Assembly (NCBI GenBank): GCA_036172245.1
Contig: JAYWIR010000034.1
Span: 186,001-250,000 of the forward strand
Reading direction: 5' to 3'
Origin: Raillietiella orientalis
Lineage: Eukaryota
DNA length: 64,000 bases
Part shown: one piece after another, positions 52,099 through 64,000 of the stretch
How positions within the stretch are numbered: the stretch's first letter is position 1
How the letters are laid out: the number at the start of each line of letters is the position of its first letter
Program-made: the position numbers and the translations under genes
Notes under the pieces: model-generated
Seen by the model: the letters and a program-made list of their open reading frames with translations, nothing else
What the model was told of the DNA's origin: nothing
Database searches by the model: none

Positions 52099-54458
52099 CC
52101 CTGTTCTTCAGCCTGCGGTCCGAAAACCGGTGCAGGTCCGTGGACATTTCCTGGAGGTCCGCCAAGAATTTGCCACCAATCAGGTAGCGGCTACGTGGTT
52201 CTCCGCCGAATGCCCGTCAGCTCTCCCGCCGATGACACGTCGCAATAGTTCTTACTTCATCGCGCTCGCCCGTGTTGTTTTCTTGCCTTGTGTTGTGGCA
52301 CCTCGGAAAAACAGTCATTTCTTTCGTGAAGTTTCAAACCCTACAAAATGGAGACAAAAAAGCCAAACAGCAAAACCCTGTAAGCTTCTTTGGCAGAGGC
52401 AGCGACAACGTTCAGGAGAAAAGCAGTCATGGCACCGAAAGCATGCCAAGTACTGGTGCTTCATGTTCTGAAGAAACAAGGAAAAAGAAATATGTTGACA
52501 CTTTGGAATGTGCAACACAAACCAAAAAGAGAAAAGGAAACTTTGTTAGGCATTTCGACAAGAGCTTGGTTTCATCGTAGCCCCTGGCGGTGAACTATCG
52601 CCACGGCCTTTGTGTGTGGTATCTTCCGAAATTCTTTCAAGTGACTCTATGAAACCTTCCAAACTTCGTTTGCATTCGAAGCGTAGAGATTTTACGGATG
52701 AGCCACTGAACTTCTTTCGGAGATTACGTGACCGGATGAAAAATCGGAAAAAAGTCAAATGGAAATGATGAGGACTAGTGACAAGTCGTTGCTTGGAGCG
52801 TCTTATTTAGTTGCTCTTCTAATAGCTGAACGAAAAACCCGTTTGCTATTGGCGAGGAGTTGGTAAAGCCTTGCACCTTAGATGTCGTACGAGAAATTTC
52901 GGGTCCACAAGTTACTGGAAAACTGGAGGCTATATCGCTTCCGGACACCACCATTCAGAGGAGAATGGTTGATATGGCCACCGATATTGAAAAGCAAGCT
53001 GTAGAGGGGATAAAGAAATCGAGATGTTTTGCGATTCAACTTGATGAGTCAACTTGATGCTATCCTACATGCACGAAGCAAGCTTCATGAGGTGTGGTGA
53101 AGATGAAGACTCAAGGGAAGAACTTCTTGGTTGCCTTGACTTACCTAGGCGGGCCACTCGTTCAGAGATATTTAATGCTCTTGATGGGTATTTACAAGAG
53201 CAAGGCTTAGGATGGAGCAAATGCGTCGGAGTGTGTACGGATGGCGCTGCGAGCACGACTGGACGTCGCTCAGGAGTGGTTGCGAAAATCAAGGGAATCG
53301 CGCATTCAGAAGCTTTGTACACTCACTGTATGATCCACCCGGGGCACCTAGCTGCAAAGAAGCTTTCTTCCGAACTGGGGTTGAAGACGCGTTGAAGATC
53401 ATTAATGAAATTCGTAGTCGAGCTATGAACTCCAGACTGTTCACGACACTGTCTGAGAGTACGGACGCATACCACCACCATCTTCTCCATGCAAAAGTGA
53501 GGTGGTTACCGAGAGGAAGGGTTCTTGCACGCCTTTTCAAACTGAGGGAAGAAGTAAAGCAGTTTCTGCGAGGACGAAAATCTGTAGAGCCTAGTAGAGC
53601 CTTCGCTGAATGAGGAATGGACGGCTAAGCTTGCGTATATGGCGGACATATTTAGACTTCTTAACGAACTTAATATTTCTCTTCAGGGATCTTGTATAAA
53701 TATTTTTACACTGAGAAATAAAGTGGATGCGTTCAAAAAGAAGCTGACTCTTTGGGATAGTCGCGTACAAGAGAAAGATATAGAAATGCTCCATTTGGGG
53801 AGAATTTTTGATTGCTGCTGATGTCAACCAGGAAGTCATGTTCAACATTATAAGTCACCATTTAAGGGTGTTAGCTGAAAATTTTAATAATTATTTCCCT
53901 GAACATGAGGATCCTCGTAAAGGTAATTAATTACGGATTAATTACACAAGGTAGGATTATGGATTAATAATTCCTTCTTGGAAGATATAAAATCATGAGC
54001 ACTTGATCCTCGTGAAAAAGAAAAGCTGATCGAGTTGCCTTCTGATGTCACTCTGGTGTCCAGACATAAAATGCAATCATTGCCTAAATTTTGGATATCA
54101 CTCGAAAAAGAATATCCATCTCTGAGTTATAAAGATATCGAATTGTTGGTGACTTCCTATTTGTGTGAATAGACTTTTTCAGCCACGTCAGTAGTAAAAA
54201 CCAAACAGAGAAATCGAATGGATGTTATTGCAGCGCTTCGTCTCAGAAACAACGCTCCAGCCGCGTACATCAAATTTTCTAACCTCTAAGCAGCAGCAGA
54301 TGTCACACTAGCTAAAAATTGTAATTTTATAACATTGGATTCAATAAATGAAATACGGTCTACATTGGTTTTTGTTTCTGTCTTAGCCTTCAGCCGGTCC
54401 GCGAAATATTTCTCTTATTTTCCCCGGTCCACAGGTGTAAGAAGGTTGAAGAACGCTG
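52099..54458 (+). mobile_element. hAT DNA transposon of the Buster/Charlie group, near full length but inactive
   Basis: Imperfect TIRs CCCTGTTCTTCAGCCT / reverse complement CAGCGTTCTTCAACCT (12/16). Repeated GGTCC subterminal motifs at both ends. Encloses a transposase pseudogene. No clear 8-bp TSD. Confidence 0.85.
52430..54311 (+). pseudogene. hAT transposase pseudogene (ZBED5/ZBED8/SCAND3-like)
   Basis: PRPLCVV...SMKPSKLRLH (BED finger), ISLPDTTIQRR, FAIQLDEST, CVGVCTDGAAS, THCMIH, HAKVRWLPRGRVLARLF, LAYMADIF..LNELNISLQG, KTKQRNRMD, terminal QMSH*. Multiple frameshifts and stops. Confidence 0.92.
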
Positions 54459-56129
54459 ATTTCTGCTATGCGGTTCGCCTCTTGCAGTTTTGCACGTCTC
54501 ACCTCTCTTGTTGTCATCAGGTTCCATTGAAGTGAAGAAACTCATTTTCGCTTGAGAGTTTGGTGATGCCACATATCGATCATTTGTTCGCAGCATCTGG
54601 GAAACGCCTGAAGAGCTGGAGAAAAAAAGAAAAGAAAGGAAAGAAACAAACGCCAGCAACTGATTAAGGGGCAGACGGCATCCTACAATCTGGTGCTGTG
54701 AAATTCATAAGCAAAAGTAGGATCGTCTGCTGTTGAAAGAACAACCTCAAGTTCACTTAAACTCACGCCTCCGATTGCCTGGGCAAAGATCTTCTGTCGC
54801 AGAAGAACGCAAAACAACCGAAGTAGCGGAACAAGCTGAACTGAATCTGTGTAAACCTGAACAGAAGGCTGATGGAGCAAAGCATCTTAGAATTTCAGGA
54901 TACCTGGGAGGTACTCTAACTTTCCAGTATTTTAAAGAAAACCCTGGAGTTAAAAATGAGATGACAGCGAAAGAAGATTCCAAAGAGGCATAGAGAAGAA
55001 GTCGGAAGAAACATCATATCGAAATGAAACGAATCCAGAGAACTTCCAGTGAAATTCCGAGGAATCCCTGCACAGAAAAGACCAGAAGGTGAGGATCATG
55101 GAAAGCAATGGAAGGAAGGATAGAAAGAGATTAGGAAGGAATGGAAGTTGGAGCGGATGCCAACTACCGCCACAGTCTGAGGATTTCAAAGTTCGATGCA
55201 ACAACGAAGAAAAAATAATGATTGAGGTGGTTCGAAGGCAAGAAGTTCAAGAAAGAGGGTAGATCTCGAAAAGGAATACGAACAGTGGTCTGTGGGTGTG
55301 GCCATATGGTTTGCCGATGAGTATCTAATTTTTGTGTTAATCCAGGAACGCAAAGATCATGGTCCACATTCGATCTGTAATGTAAATGATAAAGACTACC
55401 ACTTGAAAATTCGGTCCCAGCATCTGTAAAAGCGAAATGCCACAACGTCACATCCACAAGTCCCCGGAACAAACAGAAACATCATGCAAAAGAGATTTAA
55501 TTGACCTTCTTACTGGACAGAAAATCTTCCCTCCTTCGAACCTACGGATTTGGGATGAGTCGACCTCTCTTTGGATCTTTTCTTTGTAGAATGAATTGGT
55601 ATCTGAGTGAGGGCTGCATGGAGCGCGAAATTCTGGCGCATTGGGGCGGTCCTTGCAGACGGAGCGGGTGCAGGAAGGAAAAACGTGGAAGGAAAGAAAA
55701 AAAAAAAAAGATGGTCGTGGTACCGCTGGAACCCGCCTTGCGAAATAATGGGGAGGGGGAGAAGGGGGGGAATGACCTTAAAGAGCAGCTGCAAAAGTCG
55801 TGCCTTTTGCAGAAGTTTTCATGTCAAAATCGCAAGGCCGTGCGTCCTGACTCTCTGGTTGTTGCATCCAGCATCCGGAATAACTCTAGTCAGGGCGGGG
55901 CAGAAAGAGATGCATGTTCGAGAATGTCTTTCCGAAACCAAACTTCATCATCATCTTCGCCTTAATTCGACGAATTCGCATCCTGTCGAATGAAGCACGA
56001 CCATACTTACTGTGAGTGGCGCTCTAAGACTCAGATCTATTATTTCGTGGGTTGATATCAAAAACCTTGAGAAAAAGAAAAACACACACACACACATAGG
56101 GCACGTTAACCTCTGTCAGTGCTTTTAGT

Positions 56130-56215
56130 TATCGAGACCGTTTGGCTGCAGCTGCCGCGCCCGGCACCTGGAGTCGCAGGTTCGAGTGCCAGTAAAAGAT
56201 AGACGCTGGGAGCCA
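56130..56215 (+). mobile_element. Isolated tRNA-like head of the same SINE family (copy E)
   Basis: GCTGCCGCGCCCGGCACCTGGAGTCGCAGGTTCGAGT...AGATAGACGC aligns with GCTTCCGCGTGTGGCACCATGCGTGGCGGGTTCGAAT...AGATAACTGACGC of copy A. Confidence 0.5.
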
Positions 56216-56648
56216 CTTCAGATCCTCTGGAGGAATCTCGAGCAGCTCGCCCCAGCGTATGAGTCTTTGGGGGTGGGACACTCAGAGTCGCAGCGTCCGT
56301 GAGTTTCCGTGTTGTCCATGCAGCCAGAAGTCTCTTTTTTGCTGCAGTGCAGCAGGTAACTTCTCACCTTGCCGGATTGAGATTGCTCCTTGCTTCTTTA
56401 AGGAAAAGCAGCACTCGGTTAAGGGAGGTAAACCATGTCCACAGGGTTTTTCGTGGTTTCCTGGGATCTCCTGCAGCGATTGACGAGCGTAAGCGACGCG
56501 TTGCAGCCAAGCGAATTTCGTCTCCCTCATGGATCTTTGTCCATAAGCTGGACACCATGAGACAAAGTGGAAATGACGATGCTCCCGCAAGATGGGAGGT
56601 ATCCGAAACTTTGCGTTCCGCTTTTCAGTCCTTCCGTGTTGGGGGGTA

Positions 56649-56799
56649 GTGGGCCGATCCCGGAGGTACTGCAATACCGGGTCAACCCCCTACAGGAGAG
56701 GAGCAAGCTCCAAGCATCCCGTCCACTTCCAAAAAGTAGTTTAATATACTGGCCACCAGATCGGTGGCGTATCAGATATTAAGCTGATAAGAACAGATA
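56649..56799 (-). ncRNA. U2: U2 spliceosomal snRNA, lacking the first ~36-38 nt (disrupted copy)
   Basis: Minus strand reads TATCTGTTCTTATCAGCTTAATATCTGATACG (stem IIa), GCCACC-GATCT-GGTGGC (IIb), TTTTTGG Sm-site region, GGAGCTTGCTCC (III) and CCGGTATTGCAGTACCTCCGGGATCGGCCCAC (IV with U2B'' loop). The canonical 5' part ATCGCTTCTC...GTGTAG is replaced by foreign sequence ending AATAAAA. Confidence 0.95.
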
Positions 56800-57301
56800 T
56801 TTTATTCAGAAAGTAACATGACAAAGTACAAATATACTGGAGGGCTTTGACTTCTCTCCATCTCTTTCTATTCGGGCTCATGGATAAGGATAACTTATAG
56901 GAGTTCCTCATTATCTGGCACTTTGTGTGGATGCCCTAAACAGTTAAGATGCTGGACGGCGCGTCAACTAGCTGACGCACGCACCACCGCCGCCCTCCCA
57001 AAAGGGATTCTTTGCTTGGCAGAGCTTGCCATTCCCCTAGAGGCGATCGAAATTTCCCCAGTGTGTGTGGACAGCTTTACGTCTCCCCTGACGTGACAGA
57101 ACCCCTCATTTCAGTTGCTGCGCTGGGAGATCCCATGCAACGAACGAGTCCTCATTAGTCAAGAGGGAGTGTAGCCCCAGACTGTTCCAGGTGTGGGGAA
57201 ACGAGAAACCTACCCGCTCCCGTTGTTAATTTACGTTGCCCTTCTGAGTGTCCGGGAACGCTTTGCTGCGGCCCTCCCACTCCCGATGGACAACAGCAGA
57301 A

Positions 57302-57364
57302 AGGTCTTGCGGTGCCTCTCCATGAGCGACTCGATGTCGCTCATGGAGAGGCACCGCAAGACCT
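57302..57364. repeat. Perfect inverted repeat, 29-bp arms, 5-nt spacer
   Basis: AGGTCTTGCGGTGCCTCTCCATGAGCGAC-tcgat-GTCGCTCATGGAGAGGCACCGCAAGACCT. Confidence 0.95.
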
Positions 57365-57819
57365 GCAGCTTCCCTTGTAGCCCTGTTCTGCCTTCGTAAG
57401 ATCGTGGAGACGAGAAGACGCGCCGAAAGAGGCCACTCGAATGATGAGGTCATGCAAAAGTCTACTCCTTCATGACGAGGACGACAAGATAGCCACATGT
57501 CTGCCATCAAAAGCAGGGAGTTGCCAACATTCTCCAGAAGATGCTGAGCACGCCAGGATGCGATCTCTTCCTTTCTCCCCCAAACATTTCAAACTGAACT
57601 TTTGAGTTTTTGTTTTTGTTCACCCCTTCCCCCCCCCCTTCTGTGCGGATCTCATCGGGAAACTGCTCACGAGAAGCAGCGTCTCCGACGCGCTTCCCTC
57701 CGTAGTGGTCATGTGAAGCCACTACAAAGGAAGACATTTTTTTATCTTGTATATGGCTACTTGTATGTATTTTTTTCTCTATAATAAACACCCCTGAGCG
57801 ACCGGATGAAAATGAAAGA

Positions 57820-58130
57820 TGGACGCCGATAATAATTGCGTCGTGGGTTTTCGAGTCCCCTCCCTCAGGTTGGCTCACAGACTTCGGGTGTGATGCCTAA
57901 ACGCGATGGAGATCAGATGCTTCCGTTGACTAACCGGAAATGGAAGTCGACACTCCGGGGTCTTTCCAGAATCACAGAACTTCGGAGTTTCCCTTCAGCT
58001 TGCGTTATGGAGTTGACCCCCCTTTATGGGGAGAGTCCCTCTCCAGTTTGTTAAAAGTGTGCTTCCCTTGGAGAAGCCCTTCAGAGGTGCGAGTAAGGAG
58101 CGGTTCCCTTCGGGATTCCCTTTTTGGTAG
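57820..58130 (+). mobile_element. SINE-like element copy C (partial), nested in the Keno-like element
   Basis: GACGCC...TGCGTCGTGGGTTTTCGAGTCCCC, GGAAGTCGAC, TTTCCAGAAT, CTCCAGTT and GGAGCGGTTCCCTTCGGGATTCCC blocks are colinear with the other copies. Confidence 0.7.
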
Positions 58131-61100
58131 CTGAGGGAAGCTTTCGTGTCCGACAGCTTCAGATGATATTTGCTGTCCCCCTGACTCAGGAGCACATCAA
58201 TCAGATGAATCCTGATTCTCGCATCACACTCGTTCGTGACACTGGTCTCCCGGCCCATGCGAAAATCTTCTGACGTATGGAGGCGTCTCCAAGCTGAGGG
58301 TCCTTTAGAGTAAACGTGCATCCTCATGCAGTCGGTTTGAGATGAATCATTGCCACTGCAATGGTGCCATGTCAAATGAGCGGATGTACCAAACACTACG
58401 GAACACGGAAGAAATTCATCAGATGGCTGCCTGGGCAACCTCACTTGGACATTCGCAGACACCACGGGCAACCACAAAGATCCGGGAGGCTTGGAAAACC
58501 ATCGACTCCCTCCTTTATCGAGCATGTCTGGCTGTTCGCCGCTCCCAGGGTGCAAACAAACGATGTCGGGCAGCATTCCTCCATTATCTCCACCATCCAG
58601 TTGCCCTCTCCGTCATGTTCTTACGGCCAGGCTGCGGGCGTCGGGAGCTCGCTCACTGGGGCTGCCCATCCGACGGATGCCTCCGGCATGCGTCCCGGCA
58701 GTGGTGGTGCATGCCCGAGCACGCCGGTTTCCTCCTGTTGCGCGCTCCATCCGTCTCCCGGGAAGCTCAACATCTCGCACTCGGTCCTCGTTCTCCGGAT
58801 CCCAGGAACCCTGCCACGGTCATGCGCTTCGACGCAGGCACTCTTTTCGACACGAAATGCAGAGCCGGTCCTCGGTCCCTGTCCCCTTTGCCTTGCGCCA
58901 TGTTGTTTCCTTTCCGAGGACTGCCGAGACTGACGATTCGTTGGAGCAAGGCGGACACCCAGTGTGGTCACTCTTACCTTGCCCTGGAGCATCATATCTG
59001 GTCGCAGCCTGGAATCCCTGCTCCTGGAAACGGCACTTCGTCGCGTCGCTTGGTAACCCTGCATGCGTCGTTGACTCGGTGGCCGAACCAGCAACTGCCC
59101 TCGGCCGCATGCGTGGTACACTTTCGCATAGTCAGCGTCCTTAGCTGCTCCAGGAGGGTAAATCCGTGGTCGTCGAATCTTGAGAGTTGCATTGAGCAGG
59201 AGATGCCCTAACACGAGGTGCTGTTCAGCAGAGGACGTGACCCTGTCTTGGTTCGGGCGTGTCGTGATGGGAGAGAACCATGCTCGCGTTGGATCGTGCG
59301 CAGGCTCGAGGTGATTTTCATTCCCGAAGGATCTATCAAAAGCTGCGTCTCAAACGATCATCTTCGTTTCATTTTCTTCAAAAGTCTACGCCACCTCTTC
59401 CAAGCCGGATGCTTGCCTGCCTACTTTTCAGATGTGAGGCCAACACTTGATCTGTTAAATTTTCTTTCGATGGATTCTGACGAATTGGGAGTTGAGAGTT
59501 TGCATTAAACAGATGTCCAGCAGAGGACAAAGAAAACCATGTCCTCTGGAAAGCGGCATCTTGTCTTCAGAGATCATTGATATCGGTGCAGTTTCTTGGA
59601 GATGTTTCACTCTGAGAAGATACAAAGGTTTACCCCCATTGTTAAAATAACTGAGGAGGAGAATCCGGAATTAGAGAGGGAGAAGTAAGATTTACAGTGA
59701 AGCAAGGGTTCGATAACTGGGATGGTGAATTGTGAACAGACAGCACTGACGAGACAAGTAACTCAAAAATTTGTGAATTCTTCATTTGCAATAGAGGGAA
59801 ACTTCAGTGTCTAACAGTTCAAAATGATTTTTGCGGTCCAATTGACTCAGAAATACATCATTCCATCAACCAAATGAATTTCAGTTCTCGCATCCGCTGG
59901 TCTCTCCACCCAAAAGAAAATGGCCGCAGGCTCTTTCCTGTTGTCTGACACTTATTTCTGAAAGTGTTTTCATAGCTGGGAGCGTGCTTTGCCTCTGTTT
60001 TCCTGGACATCGGCAGATTAGATTAAAAGAGTGGCAGAATACTGGAAGCAAACGAACAAAGTTAAGACTTTGAAACACTGGAACCTGCAAGAAGCATAAT
60101 GTAGCATCTTGGGACTTTTCTGTCGAAGAGATCGCTGAGGTTTGCCGATTCCCCTTGACAGCTGGTGACAGGGAATGCAGTGAGAACAGGAAGGTACAAG
60201 AATAGTGAAGCATAGAGTGCCTTAAGAATTATATGAGGTGTGGAAAACACAAGCAACAACAAGCCTAATTCCATACGCCGATGAAATTCTCCTACAAGAA
60301 GTGGTGTTGGTGACGCAACGACTGACTTTTATGCTTTCAGGGAAGAGAAGAAACGAAATCACGATCCGGAGCACTTAAATGAAAGAGATCAACAGAGAAA
60401 GGAACTTGCTTTGAAACTGTGAGCGTGAAGGAGTGCAAGGACATCAGCTGAACTTCTGATCCCGATAAACACGGTCTATATCGCGTCTGCAGCGCCAATG
60501 AAGACTGCCACGAAAGCTCGCGACTCTTCCGCTTCAATTCTATTCAACTTTCTTCTCATAAGAGTCCCGTTGTTCACAGAAGCTCTTGGAAGTCCTGGGT
60601 ACAGTGTAGGCTTTCCGTTTCCAGTGAACACTCGAGGTTACCGTGAACCCAGGAAGGCTGAAAACGAGACGGGGTTTCCTCTTCTCTTTCGTTTAACCCA
60701 GGACGTACTGCAGTTCACAGTGATCTTACTGAAGAGATACAAATCCCGCTCGTAACCTGATTAGCCATACTGAAATCAGGAGAGAGGAATCTTTTGATCC
60801 CAGGACCTAGAATGCTTGATCATGTGGCAGGGAGAGATCAGAGCACATGTGCGGCAGGTGTACGGTGCTCCCTAAGGTGAGCGGCCGTGAAGACTCGTCT
60901 GCAAGAAACACGCGTACGCACCAACTCATCCTATGAACACAAATCTTGCATATATATACCCGTTTGGCACACCTAAACATGGCTGAATTCCGGAGACTAA
61001 TTTTGTAGTTGTGTTTTCTTACTCTTTGACTGAATCGTTCAAATTCTCATCCAATCCCTCCCCTAGGCTGAAGTTTAAGGATGGAGTTTCATGTGTCAAC

Positions 61101-61584
61101 GGCAGGAATCAACCTCGTCTTTCATTAATTACCGAGGTCATATGGGTTTTTGTGTGATGCTCAGGAAGCGGCCTGATGAGTAGAACGAAGTTGAAAGCGC
61201 AACGAAGGGGATTCAGGTGATGATTTTACCGGAGGAAGAGAAGAGACAGCAATGGCGAGAATGTCCAGATAACAGTAATGCATTTCGTGCTAACGATTCT
61301 CGCAATCGTAAGGATACAGCAGCCAACTGCACTGACAACGAGACCAATAGAATAACAACAATCGTTAGAGCCGCAATCGTGGAGAGGTAACATGCGTTTC
61401 TATCGCTGTTCCTGTTTTGCCATCGTTGTGCCATCATGAAATGGATGATAGCAATAAGGGATCAAACATTTCAGGTTACTGTTCCACCCCTCTGCTGCCT
61501 GTCGCTCAGATGATGGGATGAGGACAGACCGCCATTAATCGTGGCACCTGGAGAATCACTAAAAACTTCCTTTTTAAACTTTCA

Positions 61585-62509
61585 GCTCGCGTTGGCGGCC
61601 GTGTGGCTGCGCTGTCCGCGCGGGTGGCGAATCCCCACGTGGAGAATCGACGCCAGAGAAATGGGTGCGTCGTGGGTTCGAGTTTCCTCCTCAGCATGAC
61701 GCTGGTTTGCCTACAGGCTTTGGGTGCCGCGGTACTGTTGGAAGCTGGAAACCTCCGGATGCCTATGTTGACTGGCCGGGACTGAAAGTTGATCCACAAA
61801 GGTCCTTCCAGGAATAAAGGAGTCGGTTCCCTTCGGGGTTCTTCTCCAGTTGTGAAAATGGAGCCATCTCCCACATCTCGTAGGAGACTCTCCCTCTCAT
61901 ATCATGGAGCTGGAGGATTGATACTTCTCCAGACTGTGAAGAAGTGTGCTGCTGCCTCCGGGAGCAACAGACTCTTCAGAGAAAATTTGGAAGCTTCCCT
62001 TCGGGGTTCTCTTCAGAGAAGGAAATGAGGAACGGTTCCCTTGTGGGTTTCCTCCGGAGAAGAAATGAGAGTTATCCCCTCCTGGGGTTCCTTCCAAAGT
62101 GAATAAGGGAAGAGGTTCCCTTCGGGGTTCCCTTCGGAGACAGCCAGAGTGGAGGGTCCTCTCCGAGGTTCCCCTACAAAGAGTGAGAGGAACGGATTCG
62201 TTTCTCCAAGGCCTTCCTGAATTCATAGGTGGTCCCTTCCCGGTATGCCCCCTTAGCTGAAGAGTCACTACACTCACCCTCGAGTGTGGACCCGTGTCAA
62301 AGAGCTTCGTGAGCCCCTAGGCGGAACGGTTCTTGAGTACTTGACCAAAAAGAAAAAGGGAGAACCAAAAAAGAGGGGAAAAAGCTGGAAGGAAAACAGC
62401 AAAACCAGAAAACAACTAGAAAGGTAGGAACTCATCATTAGTAACGATAGTAACGATGTTTTCGTGAGTGGGTCGCTACTGGCCCTTTTTTCTTTAAAAA
62501 AAAAAAAAA
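61585..62509 (+). mobile_element. SINE-like element copy D, apparently full length
   Basis: Starts GCTCGCGTTGGCGGCCGTGTGG (copy A: GCCCGCGTCGGAGGCCTTGTGG). Repeated TTCCCTTCGGGGTT hairpins. Ends TAGTAACGAT...GGTCGCTACTGGCCC-TTTTTT then an A-run. AAACTTT at 61576-61582 and 62507-62513 may be a TSD. Confidence 0.78.
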
Positions 62510-64000
62510 CTTTTTTTTTTCTGTGATGACAGAGAAAAGAAGGCAACCAATTGGATACTCACTAAGATGAGTTGGCCAACTATGGTCACTGACTGCAATG
62601 GAAGAATTTATATACGGATGAGAAATGTGGATGAGGAACTTGAGTACAGCACACAAGCAGGGATTTTTATCACTGACCCGAGAGAAATTTCTGGTTGCTC
62701 TTGTGGAAGAGGAAAAAAACTCCACACAAATCCAGAGCTGAGATGGTTCGTGACACTGCTTTTAATCTTAGTGACAGACTTGACAGATTCATCCTTTTCG
62801 ATGGTCGTCTCCAGTTGCAGTGGTGATCTCGTGTCTGCGAGCTCGTAGAAACATTCAATACGAGTTAAACGTCTCGCAGAAGCTGCAAAAAAAAAAAAAA
62901 CAGATAGCTCTCTCACAAGAACATCGTTCCCCTTTTCACAACATCTTTTCGAAGATGCTGTTCTCGTACTCAGGAATTCCAAGTATCTCATGAAAGGATC
63001 GGTCCAGAGTCCTGGAGACTTCTGATCTGCCAGCTGCGCTTACGGTTTCCTTCAAGGCTTCTGGCGAGGAGCTGGTTTGAAACGGTGTTCGAACAAAAAA
63101 GAAACCAAACAAGAAATCAAGAAATCACGAGTGCGTGTTAATCGATATGGACCGGATGACATGCTGAATTTTTTGTTAGGTGCATTAGGAAATTACCCGC
63201 AGGCAATGAAGAGATCCACTCAAGGAAGATGAGTTGAACTCTTCCAGAGCGCTTTCTATTTGTATGGCAGAAGTGACTGCCAACTGCAACTATTAAGAAA
63301 CAGCTGCAGACACCAACGGCTTCTGTGTGTGGTCTCTCTGGTGCCTCCCCCATGCTCACGGAGAAGCATTCACGGTCTCCGTCTACTCTGTGGGTTTTCG
63401 ATCGATTCGAGCATTCGATCCTGAAAACCTTAAAGTTTTCATTCCTCGTTTCATTCCTCATTCACTCTTTTCCCATCTTCTGAACGAATTCCATCAAATG
63501 AGTCTGACATGATGCTCAAAATTTCTGAATAAGACCTCAGAAAGTGCGTCCAGGCATTCTTTTAATTTCTTTCGGTGTCTTTCACCACGGAAATGTGAAC
63601 TCAGAAGCTGAGACCTGCATTTCTCCTGTTGCTACGATGAAAGGTCTCGTAATGATACTGCACATTGCATCCGAGGATTCTGTCTTTATGGGGATCCAGA
63701 GCTCGAGATTCACGTTTGCTTTTCGTTTTGTGCTGAGGACCACAATCTGAGCCGTCCGTTTTTTTTTTCCTTTTTTCTTTTCTGACAACAACCCAACTTC
63801 CTATTCCCCCTTTCCGATCCTGTGTTTCTGATAGCTTCTAATGGCAGAGATCTTCGTGATGTTTAGTCTTCAGATCTCTCTTCGCAATCGATTTTTCACG
63901 TTCTTCTTTGGTTGCGAGCACATGGAAAGCGGGTGGACCTTGCAGATGGTTCCAGATAATCATCCAAATGCTTTTCGTCAGCACTAGCGATCGCCGTCAG

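Larger units (their letters stand above)
56800..59440 (-). mobile_element. Decayed, internally deleted Tx1-clade non-LTR retrotransposon joined to U2 (Keno-like)
   Basis: Minus-strand remnants in order: ORF1-like zinc-knuckle region (DHGF...RKC..HAAEGSC.FGH...C, ~59190-59000); APE endonuclease remnants (DIVCLH, LTW...SQTDC, KGPSAWRRLHTSEDF; 58576-58260); C-terminal remnants at 57510-57130; ~330-nt 3' UTR; AATAAAA abutting U2 nt 37. 5' boundary uncertain. Confidence 0.6.

Noticed and set aside
60500..63900. Possible minus-strand L1-like remnant interrupted by SINE copy D
   Set aside because: Only vague similarity to the L1 linker and early RT region; no diagnostic motif.

Overview
Animal (probably ecdysozoan/arthropod-like) genomic DNA with two intact spliced genes on the + strand. 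One is a compact beta-catenin/armadillo gene (17895-20767; 12 coding exons, 788 aa, all 11 introns 41-50 nt) in an AT-rich block. The other is a TRIM9/TRIM67-like E3 ligase gene (29883-45863; 9 exons, about 672 aa, plus a probable 36-nt microexon) whose 5' half lies in a very GC/CpG-rich block. The rest is mostly decayed transposons: an L1/Tx1-type LINE, RLE-type non-LTR fragments, a Tigger/pogo deletion derivative and a hAT (Buster/Charlie-type) element. Two things stand out. (1) A ~0.95-kb tRNA-headed, poly(A)-tailed SINE-like family (5 copies or fragments, all + strand) has a body made of about a dozen similar GC-rich hairpins and a conserved 3' stem-loop followed by a T-run. (2) A U2 snRNA gene is cut at nt ~37/38, inside the branch-point recognition sequence, and fused to the 3' end of a decayed Tx1-clade element, i.e. 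a Keno-like site-specific insertion. All calls were made by eye from the sequence; no database searches or folding programs were run.
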